Assembly (NCBI GenBank): GCA_043811375.1
Contig: JBDRNJ010000021.1
Span: 1-64,000, forward strand
Direction: 5' to 3'
DNA: 64,000 bases
DNA from: a bacterium
GTDB taxonomy: Bacteria; Zixibacteria; MSB-5A5; GN15; FEB-12
Shown: positions 17,434-26,940 of the stretch, one piece after another
Layout: every line of letters begins with the position of its first letter
Position numbering within the stretch: position 1 is the first letter of the stretch
Position numbers and translations under genes: made by a program
The notes under the pieces: generated by a model
What the model was told of the DNA's origin: nothing
The model's input: the letters and a program-made list of their open reading frames with translations, nothing else
Databases searched by the model: none

Positions 17434-18177
17434 TTATTCCTCTTGAGGTAGCTGGAATACGGAATCGTCGATATCGGTGTTGAGTTCGATTTTCTCAATG
17501 TTTAATTGCGAAACGATCTGGCCGCCCATCTTGGTGGCCAGCGAATGGTACATCATGAGTCCGCCGACTTCCCGATAATCGCCATAATAGCTGTCGATTG
17601 TCATGGGAGTGCCGTTAATATCGCCTTGCTGAGATGTCCGCACTTCCAGAAAAGACTCGGCATCGACGTAAATATGAGTAACAACATCGCCGGTGGCGGC
17701 GCGCAAGGAATCGTCGGCAATCGATAACTTCAGGTGGTAAACAGCTGTTCCTTCCGAATCTTCCTTTCCCACCAGTTCAATGTTATATCCTGCTTTGTCA
17801 AAGCCCATCAGAGGTCCGTCGAAATCGGCCTGACTTCTGAAGGCGCCGGCCTGGCCGATTGACATCTTTTGGGGTTGGCCACCGCTCATGGGACTGATTT
17901 GCCAGCCGGTTTCTCCGTCAAACGCCTGAACCACCTGAATGCCCTGAATGCTGGTCTCAATCCTGATCATATTGGGCCGTTTCTGCTGGATAGTGAAGGG
18001 AAACTCAGTTCCCCGCATAACCGTCTTGCCACTGAGTATTTTGGTCTTCAGATTATTCAGGGTGTCAGCATCACCTCGGGCAGCGGTCGTCTTTTTGGTT
18101 ATTTCATCCACCGTCAGGGCATAAGCCGATGAGCCCAGGCAGGCCAGCAGAGTCGCAATCAACAACTTCCTTCTCAT
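17434..18177 (-). CDS. LolA-like / outer-membrane lipoprotein-sorting family protein
   Basis: Signal peptide; KRPNMIRIE, FDGETGW, DYREVGG.M, E.N..IDDSVF. Confidence 0.7.
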   Translation of the reverse strand: MRRKLLIATLLACLGSSAYALTVDEITKKTTAARGDADTLNNLKTKILSGKTVMRGTEFPFTIQQKRPNMIRIETSIQGIQVVQAFDGETGWQISPMSGGQPQKMSIGQAGAFRSQADFDGPLMGFDKAGYNIELVGKEDSEGTAVYHLKLSIADDSLRAATGDVVTHIYVDAESFLEVRTSQQGDINGTPMTIDSYYGDYREVGGLMMYHSLATKMGGQIVSQLNIEKIELNTDIDDSVFQLPQEE

Positions 18178-18250
18178 TTTGCTTTCTCCTTAATAATTGT
18201 GCGTAAATTCATATTACCGGGTCACAAATCGGCATCAGGCGGTCGGAGCT

Positions 18251-20854
18251 TCACAACAGAATTACCAGTTTGCCGATATGGGTACGGCCCTGATCATCTT
18301 CCACCACCCAGTAGTACAGCCCGGAAACCACTAACTGGATATTGCGGGTCACCAAATCCCACTCATGGTAGGACGAATTGGGATCAATCGGATCGACGTT
18401 ATGGTCGATCTTGCGCACCAGATCACCGTCGAGCGTAAGAATCCTGATGGTGCATCGGGCCGGCAGGTTGGCGAAGGTGACTTTGCGGACACGATCCCGC
18501 GTTCGATCTTCTTCCCCCCGGCCTTCCAGCCCCAGGACACGATAGTGGGCGTCATCACGGTAGGGATTAGGGTAGACATAAACATTGCGGACATCGTCGG
18601 GTGCCTCATCGAGATCGTTGTTGGGGTAGGCATATTGGGCGGTCAGAGTTTTCGACGATTCCAGCGGTGACAGGCCGGTTTCCGTCGATCCGCGGTCAAA
18701 AGCAGTGACGGCTATATGGTAGGGCACTGATGCCAGCAGATTGTCCAGGTAGAACTCGTATTCATAATACTTGAGATACCCGTCTTCGGTGTAGGCATCC
18801 GGTTTAATGTCGCCTGAGGAGGACGGCGGCCGGGGCTCATCGGGGTAGATTCGGCGTATGGGTGTATCAATGCCGAAACGGGATCGGTTGTAGTCATGGG
18901 TTTCGAAGTAAAACTGGGAATCAGGGTAGTTCGGATGAATATAGGGGTGATCTGCCGAATAGGCAAAGGGGTCGAAGGTACTGTCGGCGCAGGGATTGGC
19001 GCCTTTGCCGTACAGACAACGCAGTTCCTCCAGTGTAATGGGGTCGTCGAACCGGCGCCAGCCGGGTGGAATGCCTTTTCTGGTAGTATAGATCCACTTG
19101 TCATAGTTTTCTCGATCATACTGCGCTACCAGTGAATAACTGGTTTCCCGGTCGTCGCGGGCGATATAGATGCGGTAGCCTTCAAAATCAATCTCACGCG
19201 AGAAGATGTCGACGGTGTTCTCCGAACGCTCACCGTTGAAACGAACTCGGAATCCTTGAGACGTGGGCTCGATCCAGAAATCAGGCGGTGGGGGCGGCTC
19301 AGAAACTTTCCAGTCAGCGATACCGTCGCCCTGATAGTAGGTGGTCTCGGCGTCGGCAGCCACCCAGTGGCCGTCAACATATTCCGAATCCAGCACGCAG
19401 ATATGGAATTTTCCGGCATATTCATCGCCATCGGTGTCGACTCCGGGAATATCGTACACGTGCTCGGCCCTGACGGCGTTGGTTATAAATTTGGAGAAGT
19501 CGACAGTCCGGTAATACTCTTCGGGTTGGTAGTGGTAGCGGATGTTGGCGATGAAATTGCGGTAGTAAGTGTGAAAATCCTCTCCGCCGACGAATGCCAC
19601 CGGCAATGACGCCGAGGCGCCGGGAGCTATGTCGTACGGGCCTATGGACAGCACGAATTGAACGTCGCTGCCATTACAGACGCGTCCGGCGACACGGGGA
19701 TTGGGGTAAATCCAGGTGTTATCGAACTGTCCGATAGTCCGCGCATAAATCTGGTCATAGTCGATTTCACCGTTGCTCAGCAGAGCGTATTTACTCCTGT
19801 CGCCGTAGGGTGTACCGGTACCATTGCCCATACTGCGATAATTCTTTTTGTGCTGGGGACCGAAATCATATGTCGGTATGTAATTATAGGTCCACCAGTT
19901 AAAGGAAACCTGCCGCTGGTAAGGAGCCGTACCCAGGAAACGTATGCCGGTGATATTGGGAACCTGCAGCACGCGGGCCTGGGTGGGGTCACCGTCGTTG
20001 TCGGAGGTCCAGGCAATACCCAGTGTATCGCGGAAGTCGCAGCCGGCCACCGTGGTCGGCACCGAATACAGATATCCGCAGAAGTCATCCTTGCCGTTGG
20101 TGACTCCCTTGCCACCATAGGGGTCCTGAGAGATGTTTACCGAGAACTGGCCCACGTGCACGTCGGCGTCCCAGTAGATACCAAAATAGGCGTTTCTGAG
20201 GGTTTTGTTGCCGATGTTCTTTATGTCATAGTTTATCAGAACGAAATCGTCAGTGTGCCCGTACGACCAGGCGTAGGATTGCTGGGTTACCTCGATGTTC
20301 AGGGGCTTGTGCCGGCGTCCTTCCAGCGCGTCAAAGGATGGATTGGGTACTCCCGAGATGAAAGTATCGGCGTAGACGGCGATGTAGTCCTGTTCCGAGA
20401 CCGCCCCGATCGCATCGTACGAATCCGGATCCAGGTTGGATCGATACCTCATTCCGGTGATGGGATGGAACTCCTGGACCTTGTTGTTGAATTCGGCGCC
20501 TGCCGATACCAGAGTATCTCGGCCCACTACCGCTCCCACCCAGAAAGCGCCCTTATATAGATAGGTGGTATTGGAACCCTTGGGGTACTCACCCAGCGGT
20601 GCCTTGAAATTGGTGAAGCAGTCGTGGTTGGGCGCCCGGTTTCGGCCCAGGCCTACCCGACCGAAGTTGGTAATACCAAAGACAAGCCGCCCGACATCAT
20701 GCACAGCGATACAGTAAGGCAGTATCGCAGCAGCCTTTGAGGAAAGCTCCTCTTTTGAGACGGGGTCTCGTTGACCGAACACATCAGGGGAAACCGTTGC
20801 CGCCAGAACCATCGTTGCCAGCAGGAAACGATATGATCTTGAAAGTATGTACAT
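18251..20854 (-). CDS. large secreted protein with FN3-like region and T9SS/FlgD-Ig-like C-terminal domain
   Basis: Signal peptide; EYPKGS, DFEGYRIY, VTAFD; C-terminal VYPNPY...IRILTLDGDLV...WDL...SGLY...GKLVILL. Confidence 0.75.
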   Translation of the reverse strand: MYILSRSYRFLLATMVLAATVSPDVFGQRDPVSKEELSSKAAAILPYCIAVHDVGRLVFGITNFGRVGLGRNRAPNHDCFTNFKAPLGEYPKGSNTTYLYKGAFWVGAVVGRDTLVSAGAEFNNKVQEFHPITGMRYRSNLDPDSYDAIGAVSEQDYIAVYADTFISGVPNPSFDALEGRRHKPLNIEVTQQSYAWSYGHTDDFVLINYDIKNIGNKTLRNAYFGIYWDADVHVGQFSVNISQDPYGGKGVTNGKDDFCGYLYSVPTTVAGCDFRDTLGIAWTSDNDGDPTQARVLQVPNITGIRFLGTAPYQRQVSFNWWTYNYIPTYDFGPQHKKNYRSMGNGTGTPYGDRSKYALLSNGEIDYDQIYARTIGQFDNTWIYPNPRVAGRVCNGSDVQFVLSIGPYDIAPGASASLPVAFVGGEDFHTYYRNFIANIRYHYQPEEYYRTVDFSKFITNAVRAEHVYDIPGVDTDGDEYAGKFHICVLDSEYVDGHWVAADAETTYYQGDGIADWKVSEPPPPPDFWIEPTSQGFRVRFNGERSENTVDIFSREIDFEGYRIYIARDDRETSYSLVAQYDRENYDKWIYTTRKGIPPGWRRFDDPITLEELRCLYGKGANPCADSTFDPFAYSADHPYIHPNYPDSQFYFETHDYNRSRFGIDTPIRRIYPDEPRPPSSSGDIKPDAYTEDGYLKYYEYEFYLDNLLASVPYHIAVTAFDRGSTETGLSPLESSKTLTAQYAYPNNDLDEAPDDVRNVYVYPNPYRDDAHYRVLGLEGRGEEDRTRDRVRKVTFANLPARCTIRILTLDGDLVRKIDHNVDPIDPNSSYHEWDLVTRNIQLVVSGLYYWVVEDDQGRTHIGKLVILL

Positions 20855-21299
20855 TGCTGTGCAAACATCTCCACTGGCTTTACAAGTATCTCAATTTAAG
20901 TGGCCGGTAAAATAGCCCGAAAACATCTTTCTGGCAAGAGGAATTCCGCGGCGGTCGGATGAAAGCCAGTAACCTATGGAGGCAGCCTCATTAAAGGCTA
21001 CCGGCAAAAAAACCGACCCACGGCAGGCCGATTATGGTTATATTACCCTGGTGAGACACCAGAGCCTGCAGAAAAGCGACCGGGCCATGATGTCAATACA
21101 GCGAGTGCCGGGGAATAGTCACCGGCCGAGTGGCAGCGGAGTTTGAATTGAGGAAATACTGATGAAAGTCGGCCCGAGTTTCGCCGGTCGTATTTGCGAC
21201 CACCTGGATCTGGCCTATCGTCGTCGCCGGATCAAGCGCGCCACATAACATTATCTCCTTGCAGCGGTAACTGAAAACTCTAAGGCAAGGAGATAAGCC

Positions 21300-22706
21300 A
21301 TGAAAGAAAACCGCCAGCCGGCGGAGCCATTCCGCATAAAATCAGTCGAACCGATCAGTTGTCTTGAGCGCAGTGAGCGCGAGAAGAAGCTGATCGAGGC
21401 AAAATACAATATCTTTCGGCTCGATGCCGCCGACATATATATCGATCTTCTGACCGATTCCGGTACATCGGCCATGTCGACCCGCCAGTGGGCCGCCGTT
21501 ATGCAGGGGGATGAATCATACGCCGGGGCGAAGTCGTTTCGGCGGTTTGAAAAGACTGTCCGCAGCATCTTCCGCAAGCAGTTCGTTATTCCCTGTCACC
21601 AGGGCCGTTCGGCCGAAAACCTGGTGTTCAGCACGATACTCAGGAAGGGTCAGTATGTCGTCAACAACACCCATTTTGACACCACCCGTGCCAATACCAT
21701 CCACAAGGACGGTCTACCCGTTGATCTGCCCTGTCCGGAATCGGACTCATCCGAGCCGCTGGCGTTCAAAGGCAACATGGACGTAGTCAGGCTGGAGCAA
21801 TTCATCCAGAAGCAGGGTCGCGAGAAGATCGCCCTGGTGATCATGACGGTCACCAACAACTCGGTCGGGGGGCAGGCGGTATCGATGACCAATATCCACG
21901 AGGTGTCGGACCTGTGTCGGCAACACGGCATCCCGTTCTTTTTTGATAGCGCTCGTTTTGCCGAAAACTGTTACTTCATCCGGCGCGATGAGCCGGGGTA
22001 TGGCGACAAGACAATTGCAGAAATCGCCGGCGAAATGTTTGACCTCTGCGACGGTGTCATGATGTCGGCCAAGAAGGACGGTTTGGCCAATATCGGCGGT
22101 TTCATCGCCCTCAATGATGAACAACTGTATCGCCGTATCGCCGACCTGATGATTATCATTGAAGGTTTCCCCACTTACGGCGGTCTGGCCGGACGCGACC
22201 TGGAAGCTCTGGCAGTGGGGCTTCAGGAAGTCCTGGAACTGCCTTACCTCGATTTCCGGGTGAAGCAGGTAGCCTACCTGGGGTCGCAGATCAAGTTGGC
22301 CGGAATGCCGATTGTCGAACCGACCGGAGGGCACGCCGTGTTTGTGGATGCCGGCCGGTTGCTGGCACACATTCCACCGGAGCAATTTCCGGGACTGGTG
22401 TTAAGTATTGAGTTCTACCGTGAAGGAGGGGTACGGGCGTCGGAGATCGGGTCGCTGATGTTCGGCGGGATTGATCCGGTAACGGGAGAGAAGATTCTTG
22501 CCCGGCAGGAGTTGATACGTTTGGCCCTGCCCCGCCGGGTGTACACCAATTCACATTACGATGCGGTGGCCGAAACCGCCGAGCGCATTGTGCTGCGCAA
22601 GAAATCTCTGGTTGGTTACCGGATTACCAGGCAGTCCCCGCTGCTGCGGCATTTCACCTGTGACCTGGCGCCGGTCAATCCCTCTCCGACGAGAGTGGAG
22701 AGTTAG
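21300..22706 (+). CDS. tnaA: tryptophanase (PLP beta-eliminating lyase)
   Basis: DLLTDSGT, HQGR, MSAKKDG; EIG and LRHFT are tryptophanase-type, versus ERG/LRFFT in tyrosine phenol-lyase. Confidence 0.85.
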   Translation: MKENRQPAEPFRIKSVEPISCLERSEREKKLIEAKYNIFRLDAADIYIDLLTDSGTSAMSTRQWAAVMQGDESYAGAKSFRRFEKTVRSIFRKQFVIPCHQGRSAENLVFSTILRKGQYVVNNTHFDTTRANTIHKDGLPVDLPCPESDSSEPLAFKGNMDVVRLEQFIQKQGREKIALVIMTVTNNSVGGQAVSMTNIHEVSDLCRQHGIPFFFDSARFAENCYFIRRDEPGYGDKTIAEIAGEMFDLCDGVMMSAKKDGLANIGGFIALNDEQLYRRIADLMIIIEGFPTYGGLAGRDLEALAVGLQEVLELPYLDFRVKQVAYLGSQIKLAGMPIVEPTGGHAVFVDAGRLLAHIPPEQFPGLVLSIEFYREGGVRASEIGSLMFGGIDPVTGEKILARQELIRLALPRRVYTNSHYDAVAETAERIVLRKKSLVGYRITRQSPLLRHFTCDLAPVNPSPTRVES

Positions 22707-22710
22707 CTGT

Positions 22711-23304
22711 ATGGCCGCCTGCCGGTTATCGATACTGTCGGCGGTGCTCCTGGCGGCAGTCATGCTGGCCGCGTGCAGCGCCATCAAGATAGAAACCGGG
22801 CAGACACAGCAGGAAGCGGTCGCGACCTCGGAATCGCAGGCTCGAAGAATCCGCTCGGAGTGGGCCGATCGTTTGCAACCGGCTTCTCCGCCGGAGATGG
22901 TGCAGTTATTGGTGCGCCACATTGACTCGGTCGGTGCCCGGTATATTGCATACGGTTTTCAAGTTGTCGACGAATGGCGTCAGGGCAATGCCGGACGCGG
23001 CGAAAATGTGCCCGATGACGAAATGCGTCAGGTGGTGGCCGCCTGGACCGAGAATAAGCAACCGATTCTCAGTGCCTGGGAAGATAACCTCGAATACGCC
23101 CTGCAATTGATCAAGGAGTCAGGATTTTTCGACACTGGTTTTCTTCAGATGCTGCAGAAACTGGCCGACTAGTATTATCGAGTTTACAGTACCGTTTTCT
23201 ACCCGGCCGGTGACGTGGAGAAGTACGAGACGGCCTTACACGAAACACAACGCGAGATCGAAACGCTCAGCGACGCCGTAAAGGAAGAGTCGGCGCGATA
23301 TTAA
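22711..23304 (+). pseudogene. helical lipoprotein gene interrupted by an in-frame TAG at 23170-23172 (nonsense allele or readthrough)
   Basis: LAA-C lipobox at ATG 22711; the frame continues 43 codons past the TAG to TAA 23304, filling the gap to the convergent gene. Confidence 0.65.
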
Positions 23305-23322
23305 CCGTTCAGTCGGGATCGT

Positions 23323-24786
23323 TCAGTCTACTCGATCGGGGTTGTTCCAGTGGAAGCGGGTCAGGCCCCGATCGGTCCCGATCCAGATGAAATCCCCATC
23401 CAGTAACAGACTGTAGACGACGTTGGAGGCCAGGCCGTCTTCGACAGTGAAGTCGCGCGTAAAGACGGTGGTGTTCTTATAGAAGACAATAGTCATACCC
23501 TTGTCCGAGGCGACGACGGCGATGGTGTCGTTTACAGCCAGGCATCGCGGAGCCGGACCATACACCGGCAGACGAAATGGTTCGGTTTCCCCGGTTCGGG
23601 CATCCAATTGCATCACGCCATCGTCGGCCAGAAACCAGAGATTGCTGTCGATGAGTTCAATGTCATACACGTCGCCAAAAAGCACCTGATGGGGATCACG
23701 CAACTTCTTCAAAGTTCGACTACCCGGCAGGAAACGGTAGGCACCGGAGGCGGCCGCAATCCAGAGAGAGGAGCCGAACCTTTGCAGGTCGTGAATCGGC
23801 TGATATCCCAATTGACCCGGCCGTACGTAGCGGACAGTATCATCATTGCCGACTATGAGATTCAGCCCGTCGGCGGTGCCCACATAGACGGAATCGCCGG
23901 ATAACGCGATAGAGTAAACCTCACTGTCGTTCAGACCTGAGCGGCGTGGCAGATGTCGCGTTACACGACCGGATTCCCGATCAAGGCAGAGCAATCCGTT
24001 CATCGTGCCCACATAGACAGTTGAATCATCGACTTGCAGACAATTGATATCAACAGCCGGGAAGTCCGTCGTCAGTCCCGATTCATAGTATTGGAAACTG
24101 TTATCCTCGATATCGTAGACGGTTATGCCGCTTCGCCGACTGCCATAGCTCGGACCGGCCACCCACAGCAACCCGTCATGTATCAACATCGTAGTGACGT
24201 GGTTCTGCAGCAGGCCGTAGGGCATCAGTTCCACCATTTGCGTGGTGCTGTTGGCCTGCGCCGCACCCAGTCCCCAGACCGCCAGCCACAGCCGACCGGC
24301 CTGATCATCTACAACATCAATGACAGTGTAGGGACGATTATATTGATCGATCAGTCGCCCATCTACCCCATAATTGAAACCAAACGGCGGGTGCATGTCC
24401 GGTTCCGGCTGCAGATGACGGTCGTCATTTTCCAGGGACGGCAACTCGTCAACGGGATACCAGGTTTGCAGAAGCCGGTCATACTCAAACAGGCCGGTCG
24501 ATGTTTCGGCCAGGAGACGTCTGTCGAAAACATCCACCCAGACTCTGGCGATGTTATCATCATGAAGACCGGCAGCGCCGGTGAGGGGCTCTTCCCAGCG
24601 GTCCCGGATTTTATCATAACGGATTATTCCGGCGGTAGTGGCGAAATACACGTAACTGCCGGAACTGGCAATGTCGTTAACACAGGAAAAGTCAGCCCAG
24701 GATACCGCCTGGTTCGGCAGGTAGTCGGCGGCCACCGGTATACATGTTACCAGGGAGACAATAACCGCTGCCATCAGGCGAATCAT
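23323..24786 (-). CDS. secreted beta-propeller repeat protein
   Basis: Signal peptide; repeated VYVGT.NGL / IWIGTDRGL / DGL.SN.VYSL blades. Confidence 0.75.
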   Translation of the reverse strand: MIRLMAAVIVSLVTCIPVAADYLPNQAVSWADFSCVNDIASSGSYVYFATTAGIIRYDKIRDRWEEPLTGAAGLHDDNIARVWVDVFDRRLLAETSTGLFEYDRLLQTWYPVDELPSLENDDRHLQPEPDMHPPFGFNYGVDGRLIDQYNRPYTVIDVVDDQAGRLWLAVWGLGAAQANSTTQMVELMPYGLLQNHVTTMLIHDGLLWVAGPSYGSRRSGITVYDIEDNSFQYYESGLTTDFPAVDINCLQVDDSTVYVGTMNGLLCLDRESGRVTRHLPRRSGLNDSEVYSIALSGDSVYVGTADGLNLIVGNDDTVRYVRPGQLGYQPIHDLQRFGSSLWIAAASGAYRFLPGSRTLKKLRDPHQVLFGDVYDIELIDSNLWFLADDGVMQLDARTGETEPFRLPVYGPAPRCLAVNDTIAVVASDKGMTIVFYKNTTVFTRDFTVEDGLASNVVYSLLLDGDFIWIGTDRGLTRFHWNNPDRVD

Positions 24787-24788
24787 AA

Positions 24789-25994
24789 CTATTGCTTATT
24801 ATGATTGTTGAGGAAATCAATCACGGTGGCCACCAGCAAGGCGGTGCCGAAAACCATGGCTTCTTCGTCGGCGATAAACCGCGCTGAATGCCAGGGCTGG
24901 TCGGCTCCAATGTTGCTGTTGCGGACGCCTAACCGAAACATCGCGCCGGGTACTTTCTCCAGATAGCAGGCGAAATCCTCACCTCCCAAAAACTGCTTTG
25001 TCAGTACGATCTTACCTTTGCCAAAAAGTGACCGGTAGTTCCGGGCCAGGAGGTTGTTGATGACCGGCTCGTTTTTCAGGACCGGGTAGCCCGGGATGGT
25101 AGTCATTTTCAGTCTGGCGCCACGAGCCTTGCAGATGGCGGCGGCAGTTCTGCGAATGAGTTTGGGAAGAGCTCTTGCGGCTGATCTCGACAGGGCACGA
25201 GCAGTTCCCTGCAGCTTGACGTGATCGGCGATGACGTTACGGGCCGAGCCGCCATGAATGGTGCCAAACGATATCGCCACCGGAGTATTCGGGTCGACCT
25301 CGCGCGACACCACCTTTTGTACCGATTCGACAATCTCCGCTGCCGTAACGACGGCATCTACACCAAGATGCGGTCTGGCCGCGTGACCGCCTGAGCCGTA
25401 TATATCCAGGTCAAAATCGATGACTGAGCCCATGGTGACACCGTCGCGAAGGCCGATTTTGCCTGTCGGCACCGTGGGATCGGTGTGCAAGGCGAGAATC
25501 ATTGCTACCGACTTGAGTGCGCCGACGCCGATCATCGGTTGGGCTCCTCCCGGTGGTGATTCTTCGCCGGGTTGAAAGATAAAGCGCACTTTCCCCGGCA
25601 GGCGGGTTTTCATCCCGGCCAGCACAGCGGCCGCGCCCAATACAACCGCCATGTGAATGTCGTGTCCGCAGGCGTGCATACAGCCGTCCCGGCGGGATTT
25701 GAAGTCCAGGTCGGTTTGTTCGGTTACCGACAGGGCGTCGATGTCGCTGCGGATGGCGACAGTAGAGCCCGGTCGTCCGCCTTTCAATTCCGCCAGCAGG
25801 CCGGTTTCCAGTTTGATCGGTAACAGCCTGAGACCGAGCTTTTCAACTGTCCGGCTCAGAAATGCAGTGGTTTTGTACTCATTAAAAGAGAGTTCAGGAT
25901 ACCGGTGCAGATGTCGCCACCATGAGATTTGACGTCGTCGCCAACGGTGGACCAACCGCAGTATCTGATTGCTGTCAGGGTTGCCGTCAGTCAT
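24789..25994 (-). CDS. M20D family amidohydrolase
   Basis: HRYPELS, RSDIDAL, HACGHD, FQPGEE, GGHAA.PH, GEDF. Confidence 0.9.
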   Translation of the reverse strand: MTDGNPDSNQILRLVHRWRRRQISWWRHLHRYPELSFNEYKTTAFLSRTVEKLGLRLLPIKLETGLLAELKGGRPGSTVAIRSDIDALSVTEQTDLDFKSRRDGCMHACGHDIHMAVVLGAAAVLAGMKTRLPGKVRFIFQPGEESPPGGAQPMIGVGALKSVAMILALHTDPTVPTGKIGLRDGVTMGSVIDFDLDIYGSGGHAARPHLGVDAVVTAAEIVESVQKVVSREVDPNTPVAISFGTIHGGSARNVIADHVKLQGTARALSRSAARALPKLIRRTAAAICKARGARLKMTTIPGYPVLKNEPVINNLLARNYRSLFGKGKIVLTKQFLGGEDFACYLEKVPGAMFRLGVRNSNIGADQPWHSARFIADEEAMVFGTALLVATVIDFLNNHNKQ

Positions 25995-26724
25995 GGTGAT
26001 GGTTCATGGTTCGTTGAGAGTTCCCGGCCGGTTGTTTCTTTTTCTCAACCTGTCGGCGGAACTTGTTGGCAAACAGGTGGGCCAGGCGCAGCGGTTCCGG
26101 AAGACGGTAACCGCGCAGGTTCTGTACTATCACTTCTTTGGCCTGTTGCAGGTCACACTTGTGTGCCGGAGAGATGTAAATCGGTTTGACGCCTTCCCGA
26201 CTGCGGTAAGCATAGCCTACCTTCTCTGAATTGAGAGTTATTGGCTGACAGCCGTTTTTAGTGTCCGGCAACGGCTGGTGGTGTCCGGCCAATTGCCGTC
26301 GAGCACAGCCGACCGTCGGCTTGTCAAATGCCAGACCGATACAACAAGCCATGCCGCATCGCTGGGGATGAGCCACTCCGTGACCGCGTACTATTATCAT
26401 ATCCGGATCACACTGGATTTTCTCAAGGGCGCTAATAATGGCCGGTCCTTCACGAAAATAAAACAGACCGGGAATATATGGAAAACTGACCGTGGAGTAA
26501 TGTTGGGTACGCTCGACAATCTCAATATCAGGGAATGTTGTTACGATTACTGAGGCATATATAATTTCAGCGGCATAGCCGTAGGCGGTATCGACGGCGG
26601 CAATCAGTTCCGGGCTTCCGGCCCCGGGCAGCAGTTGGACCTGTTTGGCTAACGTCTCCTGGATAGCGTATGCTTCAACTCTGTCTGTCGGCCAGTCATG
26701 AAGCTGGTGGTATTCCATCAGCAC
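25987..26724 (-). CDS. nfi: endonuclease V homologue (DGxG Asp replaced by Arg)
   Basis: AVD, FPYIPG..FRE, RGHGVAHP, KPIYISPAH, RLPEPLRLAH. Confidence 0.85.
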   Translation of the reverse strand: MLMEYHQLHDWPTDRVEAYAIQETLAKQVQLLPGAGSPELIAAVDTAYGYAAEIIYASVIVTTFPDIEIVERTQHYSTVSFPYIPGLFYFREGPAIISALEKIQCDPDMIIVRGHGVAHPQRCGMACCIGLAFDKPTVGCARRQLAGHHQPLPDTKNGCQPITLNSEKVGYAYRSREGVKPIYISPAHKCDLQQAKEVIVQNLRGYRLPEPLRLAHLFANKFRRQVEKKKQPAGNSQRTMNHHHD

Positions 26725-26820
26725 CGCCCTTTCAACTACCGGTTCGTCCGGTGTCGATCTCTGCCGAACGACACCGATGTTTTAGTTCAACGCAGATCGA
26801 TTCCTTCACAGTCGATTAAC

Positions 26821-26888
26821 AAAAAGGTTGCCGGGTTCCCGGCGCCGGCTGATCCCACCGAGCGGCAGGGAACGGGCATCCGTTTTCC
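26821..26888 (-). ncRNA. candidate ~70-nt small RNA or attenuator leader
   Basis: Immediately after a promoter-like motif: long irregular GC hairpin (GGATGCC/GGCAACC, GTTCCC/GGGAAC, GCCG/CGGC) ending in TTTTT. Confidence 0.4.
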
Positions 26889-26894
26889 TACGGC

Positions 26895-26924
26895 AACATA
26901 CGTTTTGATTGCCGGGCATGTCAA
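26895..26924 (-). promoter_or_regulatory. sigma70-type promoter upstream of the nfi leader
   Basis: TTGACA-N18-TATGTT. Confidence 0.55.
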
Positions 26925-26940
26925 GTCCCGGTAAAGGAGT

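Noticed and set aside
21162..21248. TnaC leader peptide
   Set aside because: It lacks the Trp and the terminal Pro required for TnaC stalling; kept only as an unknown uORF.
21300..22706. Tyrosine phenol-lyase call
   Set aside because: Diagnostic positions read EIG and LRHFT (tryptophanase type), not ERG and LRFFT.
22711..23304. Genome-wide TAG reassignment
   Set aside because: TAG terminates conserved genes at their expected ends (sucD, tnaA, batA), and no other gene shows an internal TAG.
26821..26897. Known riboswitch, SRP RNA, 5S fragment or HDV-like ribozyme
   Set aside because: Only short coincidental matches; the conserved cores of these families are absent.
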